A stretch of 64,000 nt of DNA from a candidate division FCPU426 bacterium (GTDB lineage Bacteria > Oederibacteriota > Muellerivitia > Muellerivitales > Muellerivitaceae): assembly GCA_963796105.1 (NCBI GenBank), contig CAWCKJ010000004.1:1472001-1536000 (forward strand), read 5' to 3'. This document shows, piece after piece, positions 1 through 10,269 of this stretch (within the stretch, counting starts at the first letter, position 1; the number at the start of each line of letters is the position of its first letter). The notes under the pieces are model-generated. The model was not told the DNA's origin. It did no database searches and saw only the letters and a list, made by a program, of their open reading frames with translations. A program made the translations under genes and the position numbers.

Positions 1-1693
1 ATATGAGACTGACTACCCCGACGGGACTTTCACGCAGTCTACCTACGACGCCCTCGGCCACGTGGTGGGAACCATGGACCAGAAAGGTAGGAACACAACT
101 ACCTTCTATGATGCCGCAGGCCGGGCCGCCACAATCCAGTATCCCGACACCCGTAAGAGTGTTTACGTCTATGACAACAACGGCAACCGCGTTACCGACA
201 GCGAATACGGCACGGACGGGACTGTCCACGTCACCTATACGGGTTATGACACCCTCAACCATCCGGCCACGGTCGCCTATCTGGACGGGAGCAAAACGAT
301 CTCGGCGTATGACGGCCAGGGAAGGGTGACGGACAGCTTCGATGAGAACGGCAACCAAACCCATTACGATTACGACCAAGCCGGGAGGCGGATAGACCAA
401 TACGCAGGATTTAACGGCGGCCAGCCGCAAGAAACTAATTACGGATACGACAATAATGGCAACCAGACCTCGGTGATGGTGGGTGGAGTTTTACAATCCA
501 CGACGGGGTATGACGCCCTGAACCGTGCCGCGACGGTGTCCTATCCCCAGCCATCCGGTCAGTCGATCCTGCCGGTGGTCACTACCTTTGACCCGGATGG
601 GAGGAAAATAAGCCAAAACGACATGGCTGGAAAAGTGACCAATTACGGGTACAATCCGCTTAATCGGCTAAGTGGAGTTACCCAAGTCACGTCCGTAGGC
701 AACCTTGCGACGAGCTATGGGTACGACCTTGTGGGGAACGAACTGACGCAGACGGACGCGAATACCCCGGCGCACACGACCTCCTACACTTATGATGTTA
801 TGAACCGCCGCACCAAGAGAACCCTGCCGGATGGCCGCTATGAGTCTTATACCAATTATGACGCCACTGGGAACCTGACCAGCAAGACGGATTTCGCGGG
901 GAATCCCTTCACTTACGGGTACAACGCCAACGGCGGGGCGGACGATCTTTTGACCAGCGTTTCCGGTCCGGTCAACCTGGGCTTTTCCTACGATGGGTTT
1001 TTGAGGCGGCAGTCCATGACCGACCCCACCGGCACCACGACCTTTAACTATGACAGCCGCGACAGGATGGTGGCCCAGAATGGCCCGGCAAGTTTTGGGA
1101 CGCTGGCCTATACCTATTGGCCCGGCGGGCAGGTGAACACGGTTTCATCCACGAACCAGTACGGGAACAACCTAACATACCAAATCGACGGCTTGAACAG
1201 GCCAGCGACCATCCTGGACGGCACCAAGACCACAATAATCAGCTACGACCCCATCGGCAACTTGGCTGTAATCACCCTGCCCAACGGCGTGGCCGTGACG
1301 CAGGGCTACGACGTCTTGAACCGTTTGACGGGGGTTTCCATTACGGGAGGAAGCGGCACCTTGGGAAGCTACCAATACACCCTGGGCGCGGCGGGAAACA
1401 GGATGGCGGTAACCGAATTGAGCGGGAGGGCTGTTTCCTGGACGCCGGACGATCTTTACCGGCTGATCAGCGAGGACGTTTTAGTGGACCCCTCAGGCAA
1501 CACCGGCGAGGTGGATTATTCATATGACCCTGTGGGAAACAGGAATACCAGGAATTCCACTTTAGCCCCTGTTTCCCCTCAAAACTTCACGAACGACTAC
1601 AACCCGGCTGACCTTTTAACCCCCACCTTTAGCTATGACGCGAAAACCAGCTCAATGACAGCCAGGGAAGGACTTACACTTACAACGCTTTGA
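1..1693 (+). CDS. RHS/YD-repeat protein, N-terminal part (starts before window; frameshifted near 1643)
   Basis: ORF 62..1693 is built of YD repeats (YDAAGR, YDNNGN, YDALNR, YDLVGN). The frame loses RHS character after ...TFSYDA at 1642. Confidence 0.9.
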   Translation, partial: YETDYPDGTFTQSTYDALGHVVGTMDQKGRNTTTFYDAAGRAATIQYPDTRKSVYVYDNNGNRVTDSEYGTDGTVHVTYTGYDTLNHPATVAYLDGSKTISAYDGQGRVTDSFDENGNQTHYDYDQAGRRIDQYAGFNGGQPQETNYGYDNNGNQTSVMVGGVLQSTTGYDALNRAATVSYPQPSGQSILPVVTTFDPDGRKISQNDMAGKVTNYGYNPLNRLSGVTQVTSVGNLATSYGYDLVGNELTQTDANTPAHTTSYTYDVMNRRTKRTLPDGRYESYTNYDATGNLTSKTDFAGNPFTYGYNANGGADDLLTSVSGPVNLGFSYDGFLRRQSMTDPTGTTTFNYDSRDRMVAQNGPASFGTLAYTYWPGGQVNTVSSTNQYGNNLTYQIDGLNRPATILDGTKTTIISYDPIGNLAVITLPNGVAVTQGYDVLNRLTGVSITGGSGTLGSYQYTLGAAGNRMAVTELSGRAVSWTPDDLYRLISEDVLVDPSGNTGEVDYSYDPVGNRNTRNSTLAPVSPQNFTNDYNPADLLTPTFSYDAKTSSMTAREGLTLTTL

Positions 1694-2847
1694 ACCAACT
1701 AATTAGGGCACAGGGAACAGGCGTGGACGTGGCCTACCTCTATGACGGCGACGGCTTGAGGGTGCAGAAGACCAACAACCTGACGGGGGTGATAACCAAC
1801 TATCTTTGGGACAGGAACAACCTCACAGGGTATCCGCAAGTTTCTGAGGAACTTCAAAACGGGCAAGTGGTGAGGCGGTTTGTTTACGGACCAACCGGGC
1901 CTTTGTATCAAGTCCAAAATACGGGCGTGAGTTGGGTAACAAGTTATTTCGGCAAAGACGCCACCGGCTCAGTTCGTTTCCTCATGGATGGGAATGGAAA
2001 TATCACGGATTCTCTCGATTACGATGCATTCGGAAACGCCATTAACCAAACACATACTGGAACACCAACACCCAATGTTTACCAATTTGACGGGGAGTAC
2101 CAAGACCCTCACACAGGGCTTATTTATCTAAGGGCAAGGTGGATGAATCCGGTTATTGGAAGATTTATGAGTATGGATACTTACGAGGGCGATCAAACTG
2201 ATCCTATTTCACTTCATAAATACCAGGCATTTTCAAATGATCCAATTAATAAGGTTGATCCAAGTGGATATGATGATGTTTTTTCTATTAGCGCAAGTGA
2301 AAATTTTAATTTGTGGCCAACTTCTTTGATGGGCAGAACTTATGGTCACACTCCAAGCTTTCAACTTGAACAATTTACCAAAAGTTGGGAAGGTCTTACA
2401 TTATTTCCATATGATAAAGATGGCTTCCAAAATTCTACAATTGGCTGGGGACATTTAATGCATCCAGGACCTTTATCCATTTGGGAAAAAACAGAAAAAT
2501 TGTTACACCTAAATTGGATTAATTTGCAACAAGCAGAATCATTTTTCCAACTTGATATAGCTGGAGCGCAAATTATAGTCGATAATAATATTCACGTGCC
2601 GTTGTATCAATATGAGTATGATGCATTGGTTGATTTGGCCTTTAACTTACGGCCCAGTTCATTTGAAGGATCAACAGTGAAAGCTGAAGTGAATTTGGGG
2701 AACTATTCCGCTGCACCTTATGCATTTAAAATTCTTTGTGGCGGGTATGACCAAAATGGAAATTTCCATGTTTTAGATAGTTTGAAAAAAAGAAGAGTCG
2801 CAGAAAGCCAGATTTTTTCCAGTAATATTTATAATTATTCTCATTAA
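1645..2847 (+). CDS. RHS core C-terminus plus lysozyme-like (GH24-type) toxin domain
   Basis: The frame resumes as NQLNDSQGRTYTYNALNQ. It contains the core motif FDGEYQDPHTGLIYLRARW and the PINKVDPSG junction. The C-domain has WEGLTLFPYDKDGFQNSTIGWGH, YDALVDLAFNL and LKKRRVAESQIF, typical of phage-lysozyme-like proteins. Confidence 0.85.
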   Translation, partial: NQLNDSQGRTYTYNALNQLIRAQGTGVDVAYLYDGDGLRVQKTNNLTGVITNYLWDRNNLTGYPQVSEELQNGQVVRRFVYGPTGPLYQVQNTGVSWVTSYFGKDATGSVRFLMDGNGNITDSLDYDAFGNAINQTHTGTPTPNVYQFDGEYQDPHTGLIYLRARWMNPVIGRFMSMDTYEGDQTDPISLHKYQAFSNDPINKVDPSGYDDVFSISASENFNLWPTSLMGRTYGHTPSFQLEQFTKSWEGLTLFPYDKDGFQNSTIGWGHLMHPGPLSIWEKTEKLLHLNWINLQQAESFFQLDIAGAQIIVDNNIHVPLYQYEYDALVDLAFNLRPSSFEGSTVKAEVNLGNYSAAPYAFKILCGGYDQNGNFHVLDSLKKRRVAESQIFSSNIYNYSH

Positions 2848-2863
2848 TATTGGGGGATTTTTT

Positions 2864-3367
2864 GTGAAAATAAAATACATAACTTTTATTTCTTTCATGA
2901 TTTTTTTTATGGGTTGTACTAAAGAAAAAATAATAAGCGACTTGAATCTTGAAGGTAATTGGAAAATTGCTTCCTATCAAGCCGTTGGTATAGTAGAAAT
3001 TACTGACTTTGATGTTAAAAGCAATGTCGGAAATATTGGGAGGCTTCAATCGAATATTTTGAGTATTAAATTGAATGATATGGAATATAAATGTTTGATT
3101 GATATGTCATCTAAGAAATTAGTGGATGTTTATAGTAATGAATATTTTAATACTTCATTTAAAGACCCAAATGACCCTAAAAAATTTAAACTAACATCAA
3201 ATGTTTATGAATTTGATGTAAAAATAAGCAGGGAAACCAAATTTTATGAAACCAAAATGGTTGTTGATGGTACTGGAAATAAAATTGTTATCGGATTGCA
3301 TGGGCCAATTTATTTATTACCTGAATTTTGCACCGAGTTTACCGATTCCGTGGCCAGATCGGCCTGA
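2864..3367 (+). CDS. Lipoprotein, candidate immunity protein; C-terminus altered by IS1380 insertion
   Basis: Starts 16 bp after the toxin stop, AT-rich, with a signal peptide and FFMGC lipobox. Residues after YLL are read from the IS end. Confidence 0.7.
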   Translation: MKIKYITFISFMIFFMGCTKEKIISDLNLEGNWKIASYQAVGIVEITDFDVKSNVGNIGRLQSNILSIKLNDMEYKCLIDMSSKKLVDVYSNEYFNTSFKDPNDPKKFKLTSNVYEFDVKISRETKFYETKMVVDGTGNKIVIGLHGPIYLLPEFCTEFTDSVARSA

Positions 3368-4963
3368 ATCGGGACCCGACAGTGGCCATTTTCATCAGAA
3401 GTGAACTTATGTGCAAAGAATTTTTTGCACCAAGCCACTTCTAGGCCGCCCTGGGTCTTTCCAATCGTTTTCGATCAAGGTATTTGAGGAAACCCAATAG
3501 GCCCGCTGTCCTATCATCATGGATTGAATACCTCACCACATCCCGATGGCCGTGATACTGGATTCGGGCGGCTACAAAGAGCATCTTCAAACGTGCGATC
3601 CGAAGGGTATGGTCCGGCATGGTGATCTGTTCCTTCTCCTGTGGCTTCTTTCCCGGTCGCTTTTCTTTTCCACAATGGCCCACCATTAGTTTCATCCACC
3701 TCCAGAGGTTGTAAGCCAGCATCACGATCTGGAAAAAAGCATGGTGGCTTTGGAAACTCTTAGAGGGAATTGCTAATAACCCCTCCCGTTGCGCCTCACC
3801 AATCAGGTTTTCCACATCCGCGCGCAGGTCGTATTCCTCAACCACCCGATGGGGTGCTCCCAGACAGTTGGTCGCGAAGATTCGGTAGACATATCCTTCC
3901 ATTTCAGGAAGGCTCAATTGTTTCTCCCGCGCTTTTTCATCCAGCGTCCTCATCGCCACAAACCGGACTGGTTGTTGCCAGCCTATGGGTTGATGGACAC
4001 ATTCGTTGTATTCGTGTTCTCCATGGCGGTACCAACCCTTTTTCGTGAAAGGCGGGTCATGCCGCTTGTTCCCGAAGATGAAAGAAAACCCTTCTTTTTC
4101 ACAGGCTTTCACGCTTTCCCAGCCGATCATTTCACCGTCACCGCGCACCAGAATCGTCCGGACACAGGACGGCAAGAGTCGCCGGAATTGTCTAATTTGG
4201 CGGGCCACTTCCTCAGAACTAAGGGTGGTTCCGCGTCTTTGGGTTCCGCACAAATATTCCCGGGTTTCCTGGAGAAAACACAGAATGGGCCTCAGTCCCT
4301 TCTTGCCCCGGTGCTTGGGGTTGTATCCTTTTCGGCTTCCCTCGATATTTCCGTAGACCGTTGCGGTGGTGGTATCGATGTTGATCTCCACCTTCTTGGG
4401 GGCATATTTCACCTGTCCCCAAACCTTGGCCCGTAACGCCCCACTCAGATTCAGCAACGATGCCGACTGCCCGATCCCCAGCGACCTCAGGTATCTCCAA
4501 AAAGTTGTCACTACCGGCAACAAGGGAACCCGCAGTAAACCGCACAGCATGACCTCACCCCGCAGGTAGGCAAAATGGCCAAGTCTTTGGAACCCGATGA
4601 AAAGAAGCATTAGGATGCCGCTTACCATCCGGTAGTGGCCCAAATTCGGAAGGCGTTTAGGTGCGGCATAGTGTTTTTTGAATTCCCGCTCAAAATCAAG
4701 AAGGTCGAACATCTTCGCCAATGCCAACAATCCGCCAAAAGCTGTTAGGCGGTCTTCGCAAATACCTACGGGAGTATTGGCCGTAATCTTGGGCGCGATT
4801 CTCCCGTTTCGATTGGCTTTTTTCTGGACTTGCGGGTTTGATTTCTGAGGCGTATCTTGACGTTTCACCATCTGGGGGACCCTCTTTTAGGATGAGTTGG
4901 CTTCGCAACCCTTATCCTATAATGGTTTCCTAGATGGTTTTTTTATTAGGCGCAAAATTCAGG
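3320..4963 (-). mobile_element. IS1380-family insertion sequence
   Basis: Terminal IRs CCTGAATTTTGC (3320) and GCAAAATTCAGG (ends 4963); 5-bp direct repeat TATTA at 3315-3319 and 4964-4968. Confidence 0.92.
3441..4871 (-). CDS. IS1380-family DDE transposase
   Basis: 476 aa; LTAFGGL, INIDTT, LVRGDGE and YDLRADVENLIGEA motifs; CCTGAAT-type ends. Confidence 0.88.
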   Translation of the reverse strand: MVKRQDTPQKSNPQVQKKANRNGRIAPKITANTPVGICEDRLTAFGGLLALAKMFDLLDFEREFKKHYAAPKRLPNLGHYRMVSGILMLLFIGFQRLGHFAYLRGEVMLCGLLRVPLLPVVTTFWRYLRSLGIGQSASLLNLSGALRAKVWGQVKYAPKKVEINIDTTTATVYGNIEGSRKGYNPKHRGKKGLRPILCFLQETREYLCGTQRRGTTLSSEEVARQIRQFRRLLPSCVRTILVRGDGEMIGWESVKACEKEGFSFIFGNKRHDPPFTKKGWYRHGEHEYNECVHQPIGWQQPVRFVAMRTLDEKAREKQLSLPEMEGYVYRIFATNCLGAPHRVVEEYDLRADVENLIGEAQREGLLAIPSKSFQSHHAFFQIVMLAYNLWRWMKLMVGHCGKEKRPGKKPQEKEQITMPDHTLRIARLKMLFVAARIQYHGHRDVVRYSIHDDRTAGLLGFLKYLDRKRLERPRAA

Positions 4964-4988
4964 TATTAACAAAAATGGAGTAAATACG

Positions 4989-5333
4989 ATGAATAAAATT
5001 ATTCCATTATTTTTACTGGTATTCATCTTCACTCAAGGGGTAATTATTGGTGGTGTTTCACCTACTCCCCTAGTCAACATTCAAGTCAAACATTCCCCCA
5101 TGGACAAGGTTTCCATTCGCCTCCGTCAGCAAAATATTCAAATCCAACGGGATTTGAGGGCGGGAAAGCTGACCAAGGACCAAGCCAAGTCTCTTAAAGC
5201 CCAGGTGGAAACTATCCGTAAGCAAGAAATCACATTCCTCAAGCAAAATGGCACTAAAACCCTAACCGATTCTCAAGTAACCCAGTTGAATCAGCAGTTA
5301 AACACTCTCTCTAAATCCAACCCCATCAAGTAG
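4989..5333 (+). CDS. Small secreted helical hypothetical protein
   Basis: 114 aa with signal peptide; GGAG RBS upstream; QQNIQIQRDLRAGKLT helical segment. Confidence 0.65.
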   Translation: MNKIIPLFLLVFIFTQGVIIGGVSPTPLVNIQVKHSPMDKVSIRLRQQNIQIQRDLRAGKLTKDQAKSLKAQVETIRKQEITFLKQNGTKTLTDSQVTQLNQQLNTLSKSNPIK

Positions 5334-5341
5334 GAGGCTAT

Positions 5342-5755
5342 ATGAAAAAGATAACCCTGTTATTTTTATCGGCCATTGTACTTCTGTTTTCCTTTGCTCC
5401 TGCCTTCTCCCAAACTTCAAACATGGACCCCAAGACCAAGAAACAAGTATTAGGGTGCATCAGGTACATGATCTACGATGAAATCATTATCCTTTCCCAC
5501 CGCTACCTGGATAAAGCCACCACTTCAGCCGATTCCATCAAAATAGGCCAGCAAAAGATCACTGAACTTCAAGCCCAGGTGAAAAGCCTATGTGGTGGCA
5601 CTGATGCCCCCAATTCCTTCTACCAAGAGGCCGTTGAGAAAGCTAAGTCAACGGAAAATAAACAAGTGAAATATTATTTCACCACTGTAGAACAACAGAC
5701 TGAGTTGAAAAAGGTGTATCAGAGGTATAGTCGAATGGGGATACCTGGAAATTAA
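5342..5755 (+). CDS. Secreted hypothetical protein
   Basis: 137 aa; AGGAGG RBS; signal peptide ending APAFS. Confidence 0.7.
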   Translation: MKKITLLFLSAIVLLFSFAPAFSQTSNMDPKTKKQVLGCIRYMIYDEIIILSHRYLDKATTSADSIKIGQQKITELQAQVKSLCGGTDAPNSFYQEAVEKAKSTENKQVKYYFTTVEQQTELKKVYQRYSRMGIPGN

Positions 5756-5812
5756 ATACCCTCTTGAAGTCTATTTAGATAAAGTGATTTTTTCTTTTCT
5801 CAATGAGTCTTC

Positions 5813-5845
5813 AATTCATAATTCAACATTCAAAATTCCTAATTC
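5813..5845. repeat. Degenerate heptamer tandem repeat
   Basis: AATTCAT AATTCAA CATTCAA AATTCCT AATTC; similar tracts near 11138-11164 (reverse) and 59932-59954. Confidence 0.5.
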
Positions 5846-5887
5846 GGGCGGTATTCCCTTAGATTTAACTCAAATGGAGTCCGCCCG

Positions 5888-6250
5888 TTATTCCACCCCA
5901 AACCCTCTTTTAACGGCCGCATCCACGTTGGGGAATGCCTTCAAAATGCTGTTAAATTCCAGAAGCTGAAATACTTCCATTACCTCGGGGCTCATCCCCG
6001 ACAAGACCAAATCACCCTTTTTTGTCCGGATACGTTTAATTTCGCTGACGAAAATACCCCAGCCCGCGCTTGAAATGTAATTCACGTCTTTGAGATCCAT
6101 CACCAGTTTGAATTTATTGTCCTTGAGGACTGATTGAAATTTTTTCTCGAAATCTGGCGCGGTCGTGGTGTCTATGGAACCGCTGACGGAGAGAAGGGTG
6201 ATGGTTCTGTCTATTGAATCTTCGGAAATGCTGATGGATAAATTTTCCAT
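5888..6250 (-). CDS. STAS-domain anti-sigma factor antagonist
   Basis: GSIDTTTAPDF, DLKDVNYISSAG, VFQLLEF pattern of the SpoIIAA/RsbV family. Confidence 0.9.
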   Translation of the reverse strand: MENLSISISEDSIDRTITLLSVSGSIDTTTAPDFEKKFQSVLKDNKFKLVMDLKDVNYISSAGWGIFVSEIKRIRTKKGDLVLSGMSPEVMEVFQLLEFNSILKAFPNVDAAVKRGFGVE

Positions 6251-6641
6251 AATTATCCTACGCTTTCATTAGTAATTATCCCACGTATTCTATGAAAGCA
6301 TAATTAACCCTGAGTTAAATAAAATGGCGGGGAAGACCCTTTTTCCAAAATATGACCTTTTAACCCCCGAATTTTAAAAACTGCACAAATTCTGATCTAT
6401 TCTTACCCGTACTAAAAGCCTTCCCGCTTGTATTTCAACGAATTATTCTTCTTTTCAACATTCCCACGGTTTAATTTTCCTTTTGAATATTTTTGCACAA
6501 ATAATTTTCTTAGCATATTTTCTTAAACTAAAAATGCTTTATCACAATTATTACTTTTCTCAAAGTATTAATTTCGTGGTAAAAATTTGACCGCTTTTAT
6601 TTATTCCAGTTAAGTCCCGCACACTGCACGGATGCTATAAC

Positions 6642-6770
6642 ATGAAAAAATTATTTCTTTTCGGTTTACCCGTTATTCTATTTTCAGCCTTATTGGCAGT
6701 GTACTTTTTAGGGGGATGTAAAAAACCTGCACATGCCTGTCGCAAAAAGGATGGTGTGCAACTAATTTAG
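6642..6770 (+). CDS. 42-aa putative lipoprotein or lipoprotein remnant
   Basis: MKKLFLFGLPVILFSALLAVYFLGGCKKPAHACRKKDGVQLI; LGGC lipobox; terminator follows; below the ORF-track size cutoff. Confidence 0.45.
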   Translation: MKKLFLFGLPVILFSALLAVYFLGGCKKPAHACRKKDGVQLI

Positions 6771-6784
6771 TTTCATATTTTTCT

Positions 6785-6821
6785 AACCCCGTCCCGCTTC
6801 TGTGGGGCGGGGCTTTTGTTT
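6785..6821 (+). terminator. Intrinsic terminator
   Basis: CCCCGTCCCGC-TTCT-GTGGGGCGGGG stem followed by T tract. Confidence 0.7.
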
Positions 6822-7033
6822 TAAAGTTCAAAATCTGGTATCGCTTTAAAAAATATCCAACCCATCACCCAATCCGGTTAAATTCGGAATTTCAGGCAAT
6901 AAACTAGAGACAAAATAAAAAAATTTCCGGAATTCGGGTTGTCAACCAAATTGTTTACCAAAGAGTGATCAAAATTATTTGAGCCTTGTCACCCGATTTA
7001 CCTCCCGAAAAGAATTAACAAAATATTTTGCCT

Positions 7034-8445
7034 CACTGCTGTCCTAGATAAACCTATTTGTCTTTGAACCTCCCAGGAAAACAAGCGATTTAGGACAGGC
7101 TCGTGAATTTTCTGGGATAAGCCCCCCTCTTTCGTCCTGATGCTGTCCAAATTAAGAATGTATTAATTCCATCTGCTTTTCCAAGGGTTCCAGTCTCGCC
7201 ACTAGGAACGGTGCATCCAACCAGGCCCACAAATCACGATAGGTCAACAGGTTCATCCGTAGCATGGCAGCCAAGTGGGATAAACTCCAGGCGATCCGGC
7301 TCTTCAATTGAAGGAACTTCAACAGTAGCATGGCAATCAATGCTGTCCAAATCTGCGTCTGAACGGCATTCTCAGTGGTACCCACAAAAGTTTTTACCCG
7401 GAGGTTCTGCTTGAGAGCCTTGAAAAACAACTCGATCTGCCAACGTTCCTTGTAAATGGCACCCACCGTCGAGGCGGCAAAACCCATGTGGTTGGTCAGG
7501 AACACCAACTCCCGCTTCTGGTCTTCGTCCCATACCACCACCCGTCGCATCTCTTTAGGGTAGGCTTCATGTGACCGAAACGTCGTCAACCGTATCACCT
7601 GGTCCTTCAGGACGTTGCCCGTTTTCGGAACCGTCAGGCTTTTCACCACCTCGTAGGCCATGTTGATCTTGGCCCGGGTCACCCACCACACGCCTTGGAA
7701 TGTCCATCGGGCCAGAAGAAAGAAATCCACATACCCCCGATCCATCACCACGATTGAATCCACTGGAAAATCGAGCTTTTGGGCCACCTTCACGTCATGC
7801 GTGCCTCCCTCCGTTACGAGTCCCCAGCAGGGCAAGTACCCCTGATGGTCCAGCAGAAGATGGAGTTTGATGGCCCCTTTGGTTCTACGGAATTTCGCCC
7901 AGTCGAACACTGACAAACAAAGGTCGATGGTGCTGGAATCCAGGCTATAAAGAGGATTTTTAAACCTGAATTTTCTTTTTGAGGTGGCCGCCAACAACTG
8001 GCACTTCGATAATAAATGGTAAAAAAGCTTTTGTTGAACCCGCCAAGAACGCTTGGTGTTGGCATAGGCCAAGGTGGATTTAGTGGGAGCTTTGCAAAGA
8101 CCCAAGTGGGTCAATTTCCCAAGGGCCGTACTGAGGCCGCCACAGATTTCCCTCAAGGAATGGGCTGCTCCCATCTGGCAGAAAAGCATGGAAACAAACT
8201 GATCCCAGCAACTGAATCCCTTGGAGTGCTTTTCGGCTTCAATCTCTCGCACGATTCGCTCAAAAGCGGTTCGGTCTACGAGTTTCAACACTTGGGCAAA
8301 TAGACTGGTTGGTGGTACCATAAAAAAGCGCCTCCGTATGTTTGAAGTAGCGACGGCTGGTAACCGTTGCTTTGGGCTGTCATCAAACCCAATTCTACTT
8401 CAATCGGAGGCGTCTTTTTTTAGGCCTTTATTTAGGACAAGAGTG
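7034..8445 (-). mobile_element. IS4-family insertion sequence
   Basis: IRs CACTGCTGTCCTAGATAAA and reverse complement CACTCTTGTCCTAAATAAA (16/19); 9-bp direct repeat ATTTTGCCT at 7025-7033 and 8446-8454. Confidence 0.92.
7152..8321 (-). CDS. IS4-family transposase
   Basis: SLDSSTI, VVMDRGY and YKERWQIELFFKALK (YREK) motifs. Confidence 0.92.
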   Translation of the reverse strand: MVPPTSLFAQVLKLVDRTAFERIVREIEAEKHSKGFSCWDQFVSMLFCQMGAAHSLREICGGLSTALGKLTHLGLCKAPTKSTLAYANTKRSWRVQQKLFYHLLSKCQLLAATSKRKFRFKNPLYSLDSSTIDLCLSVFDWAKFRRTKGAIKLHLLLDHQGYLPCWGLVTEGGTHDVKVAQKLDFPVDSIVVMDRGYVDFFLLARWTFQGVWWVTRAKINMAYEVVKSLTVPKTGNVLKDQVIRLTTFRSHEAYPKEMRRVVVWDEDQKRELVFLTNHMGFAASTVGAIYKERWQIELFFKALKQNLRVKTFVGTTENAVQTQIWTALIAMLLLKFLQLKSRIAWSLSHLAAMLRMNLLTYRDLWAWLDAPFLVARLEPLEKQMELIHS

Positions 8446-8555
8446 ATTTTGCCTATGTTGTCACGGATTAAATTAATATACGGCCTGTTGCCAGGGGAGC
8501 GGCGATATCGGACGTAAGTATACGTCTGGTATCAATCATTTTTTCGGAGGCTCCC

Positions 8556-10256
8556 GTGCGCGTTAATTCCTATTGGTTTTTCATCCTCCTTCTCGTGACG
8601 GCGATTCCTATCGCCTGCTCGAACAGTTCCAGCAGTCCCACCACGCCCCATAACAACGCCCCGACGGCGACGTCCACCACGGGGGACACCTCCACCCCAA
8701 CGGCCACTTCAGCGGCAAGCTCAACTTCCACACCCGTCATTACAGAAACATCGACTTCTTCCTATACGTCTACCCTCACTCCCACGCCCTCAAATACCAT
8801 TACGCCGACGGATACGTTGGCCTCAACTTCAACTTGGACGCCGACAACAAACCCAACATTGACCCCGACGCCCACGCCCACTTACATGGCCACCTCAACC
8901 GTTACCAACAGCCCAACACCATTGCCAACGGCCGTAAATACCTCTACACCTACAGCCACTACAACCAAAACCCACACAACGACAATCACGAATTCCCCGA
9001 CGGCAACAGTCACCAAGACCTCTACCATCACCCCCACGTCAACGCCCAACCTTGCGCTCACGGGCACGCCCACTTATTGTTCCGCGTCCGCCCTGCAAAT
9101 GTCCTATCCCTTCTCGACCAGTTCGGATTGCTGGCACGTGGATGCCGCCAACACGAGCGTGAGCTTGACCGTGAACAGTTTCGGCATTTCTTCGGCCCAG
9201 GTATGTTCCGCCTGCGGCAGTACGGGGGCGTTGGCAGTTAGCATGACTATTTCCCCCGCCATGGGGGGGACGGACCAATTGCAAGTGGAAGTGACCTATA
9301 GTACCCCCCAGAATTTAAACGGGAAGCAGATCCAGGCTTATGTTTACGTTGATAACAGTTTGATCACCGGGGGAAATAGCGCCGAAATATTCGACCAAAG
9401 CGGAACGGGAGGGTCGGCTGTCACTGAATACGAAGGTACCTCCATTCAAGGAGGGCAATGGATCGCTTTGCCAGCCCTGGTTTGCGGGACCGGGGGCACC
9501 CACTCGACTGGCGCCGTGATTGCGGGGCAAATTAACCAGTTAGGTATTAAATTTGGGAATATCGCGGTTGGGGCCACCGGCAATATCTATGTCGACGCCG
9601 TCACGATCTCCGCCGCGCCCCCAACCAGCACACCGACGAATACCCCAACGCCGACAAGCACACCGACCGTAACTTATACCCCCACGCAGACTTTTACCCC
9701 AATGCCGACTGCGACTTGTATTACGGGTAAGTTTTCGCCCTTTTTCTATGCTTCCAACAGCAATCAATATTGTGGGAATGCCGATTATCTCGGAACTGAA
9801 TATATCTATACCAGCCCAGCCACTATTTTAGAGGGTGGCGCGGTTACAGCGATGGGAGTATCTGTTGATTGCACGTTTGATAATTCTTATGCAGATCTGA
9901 AAAATTTGGCCCCTAATATGAATTTAGCGATTTACTCAGATGGAGCAGGCGCACCAGGGACCTTACTGACCCAAACCGGTTGCTTTTCCGTTCCCGTTAG
10001 TACGACGGGATGGATTACCGTGGGCGTGTCATCACCGATACCGGTGACTCTATCGGCTGGGGCTTACTGGTTTGCGGGAAGTACGAATGCATGTAATATT
10101 ATGGCTGATATGATTGAGGAAAACAAAGGGGTTAACTATTACATACCATTTATTCCATGTCAGACGTATCCAACATCCCTTAGCCAATCCACGTCTTTTG
10201 GATCATCTGGAATGGGCGCAATATGCGTTCAGGCTTATTACACCTGCGCTAATTAA
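8556..10256 (+). CDS. Thr/Pro-rich repeat lipoprotein with two Cys-containing beta-rich domains
   Basis: PIAC lipobox; long TPT linkers separating two globular regions. Confidence 0.75.
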   Translation: MRVNSYWFFILLLVTAIPIACSNSSSSPTTPHNNAPTATSTTGDTSTPTATSAASSTSTPVITETSTSSYTSTLTPTPSNTITPTDTLASTSTWTPTTNPTLTPTPTPTYMATSTVTNSPTPLPTAVNTSTPTATTTKTHTTTITNSPTATVTKTSTITPTSTPNLALTGTPTYCSASALQMSYPFSTSSDCWHVDAANTSVSLTVNSFGISSAQVCSACGSTGALAVSMTISPAMGGTDQLQVEVTYSTPQNLNGKQIQAYVYVDNSLITGGNSAEIFDQSGTGGSAVTEYEGTSIQGGQWIALPALVCGTGGTHSTGAVIAGQINQLGIKFGNIAVGATGNIYVDAVTISAAPPTSTPTNTPTPTSTPTVTYTPTQTFTPMPTATCITGKFSPFFYASNSNQYCGNADYLGTEYIYTSPATILEGGAVTAMGVSVDCTFDNSYADLKNLAPNMNLAIYSDGAGAPGTLLTQTGCFSVPVSTTGWITVGVSSPIPVTLSAGAYWFAGSTNACNIMADMIEENKGVNYYIPFIPCQTYPTSLSQSTSFGSSGMGAICVQAYYTCAN

Positions 10257-10269
10257 ATAAATCCGGCTC

